A stretch of 36,895 nt of DNA, counting the filler, from Nitrospiraceae bacterium (GTDB taxonomy: Bacteria; Nitrospirota; Nitrospiria; Nitrospirales; Nitrospiraceae), in assembly GCA_037442105.1 (NCBI GenBank). It is 5 parts of 5 records of this genome, joined end to end, with 100 filler letters (N's around TTAATTAATTAA, not from the genome) between each part and the next. Parts side by side here need not be neighbours in the genome. Positions count along the whole stretch, not along the records: positions 33,682 to 36,895 come from JBBIQV010000062.1; 4 more parts are not named here. The stretch is one strand, 5' to 3'. The notes beneath the pieces are model-generated. The model had not been told where the DNA came from and did not search any database. It saw nothing but the letters and a program-made list of their open reading frames with translations. Of this stretch, positions 36,742-36,895 are shown in pieces. Numbering within the stretch: position 1 is the first letter of the stretch; each line of letters opens with the position of its first letter. Made by a program: the position numbers and the translations under genes.

Positions 36742-36816
36742 AGCGAATAGCTAATAGCAAACAGCGAATAGCCGATAGCTAATAGCTTTAGATTCATGAG
36801 CGAATAGCGAATAGCT
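36742..36816. repeat. Heptamer array (GCGAATA family)
   Basis: gcgaata gctaata gcaaaca gcgaata gccgata gctaata. Confidence 0.85.
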
Positions 36817-36895
36817 GGCAGTGGGCAGCTCGGACTTCCGAGGTGATGCTCTATACTTCCTGTAAAAGTGGGTTGAGTCCAAACAAAAATGGCGT

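Overview
This is a GC-rich bacterial draft-genome window. Gene style suggests a Nitrospira-like organism, which is an inference. It is made of five contigs joined by artificial 100-nt linkers (N44-TTAATTAATTAA-N44), so neighbourhood across linkers is not evidence. Contig 1 carries a PhzF-family gene, three radical SAM genes (two B12-binding, one DUF512/Mmp10-like) and a toxin-antitoxin (TA)/IS-rich accessory tract. Contig 2 carries a truncated tRNA(CAT), NrdR-regulated class II ribonucleotide reductase nrdJ, an ACT protein, rlpA, a CNNM/CBS protein and partial ligA. Contig 3 holds fragments of a diversity-generating retroelement (DGR)-type locus (Avd-like start, DUF1566 pieces) interleaved with TA cassettes. 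It also has a FadL pseudogene, a TPR/2OG-oxygenase, PilZ and a decayed integron cassette array with attC sites. Contig 4 has uvrC and dapF. Contig 5 has V/A-type ATPase A-B-D. The most unusual signals are: (1) synonymously diverged orphan copies of the 5' ends of both B12 radical SAM genes lying upstream of them; (2) TA cassettes repeatedly bracketed by fragments of a DUF1566 gene; (3) inverted heptamer arrays in many intergenic gaps; (4) a palindromic repeat inserted in frame into V-ATPase subunit B. All family assignments come from motif recognition by eye, not database searches.
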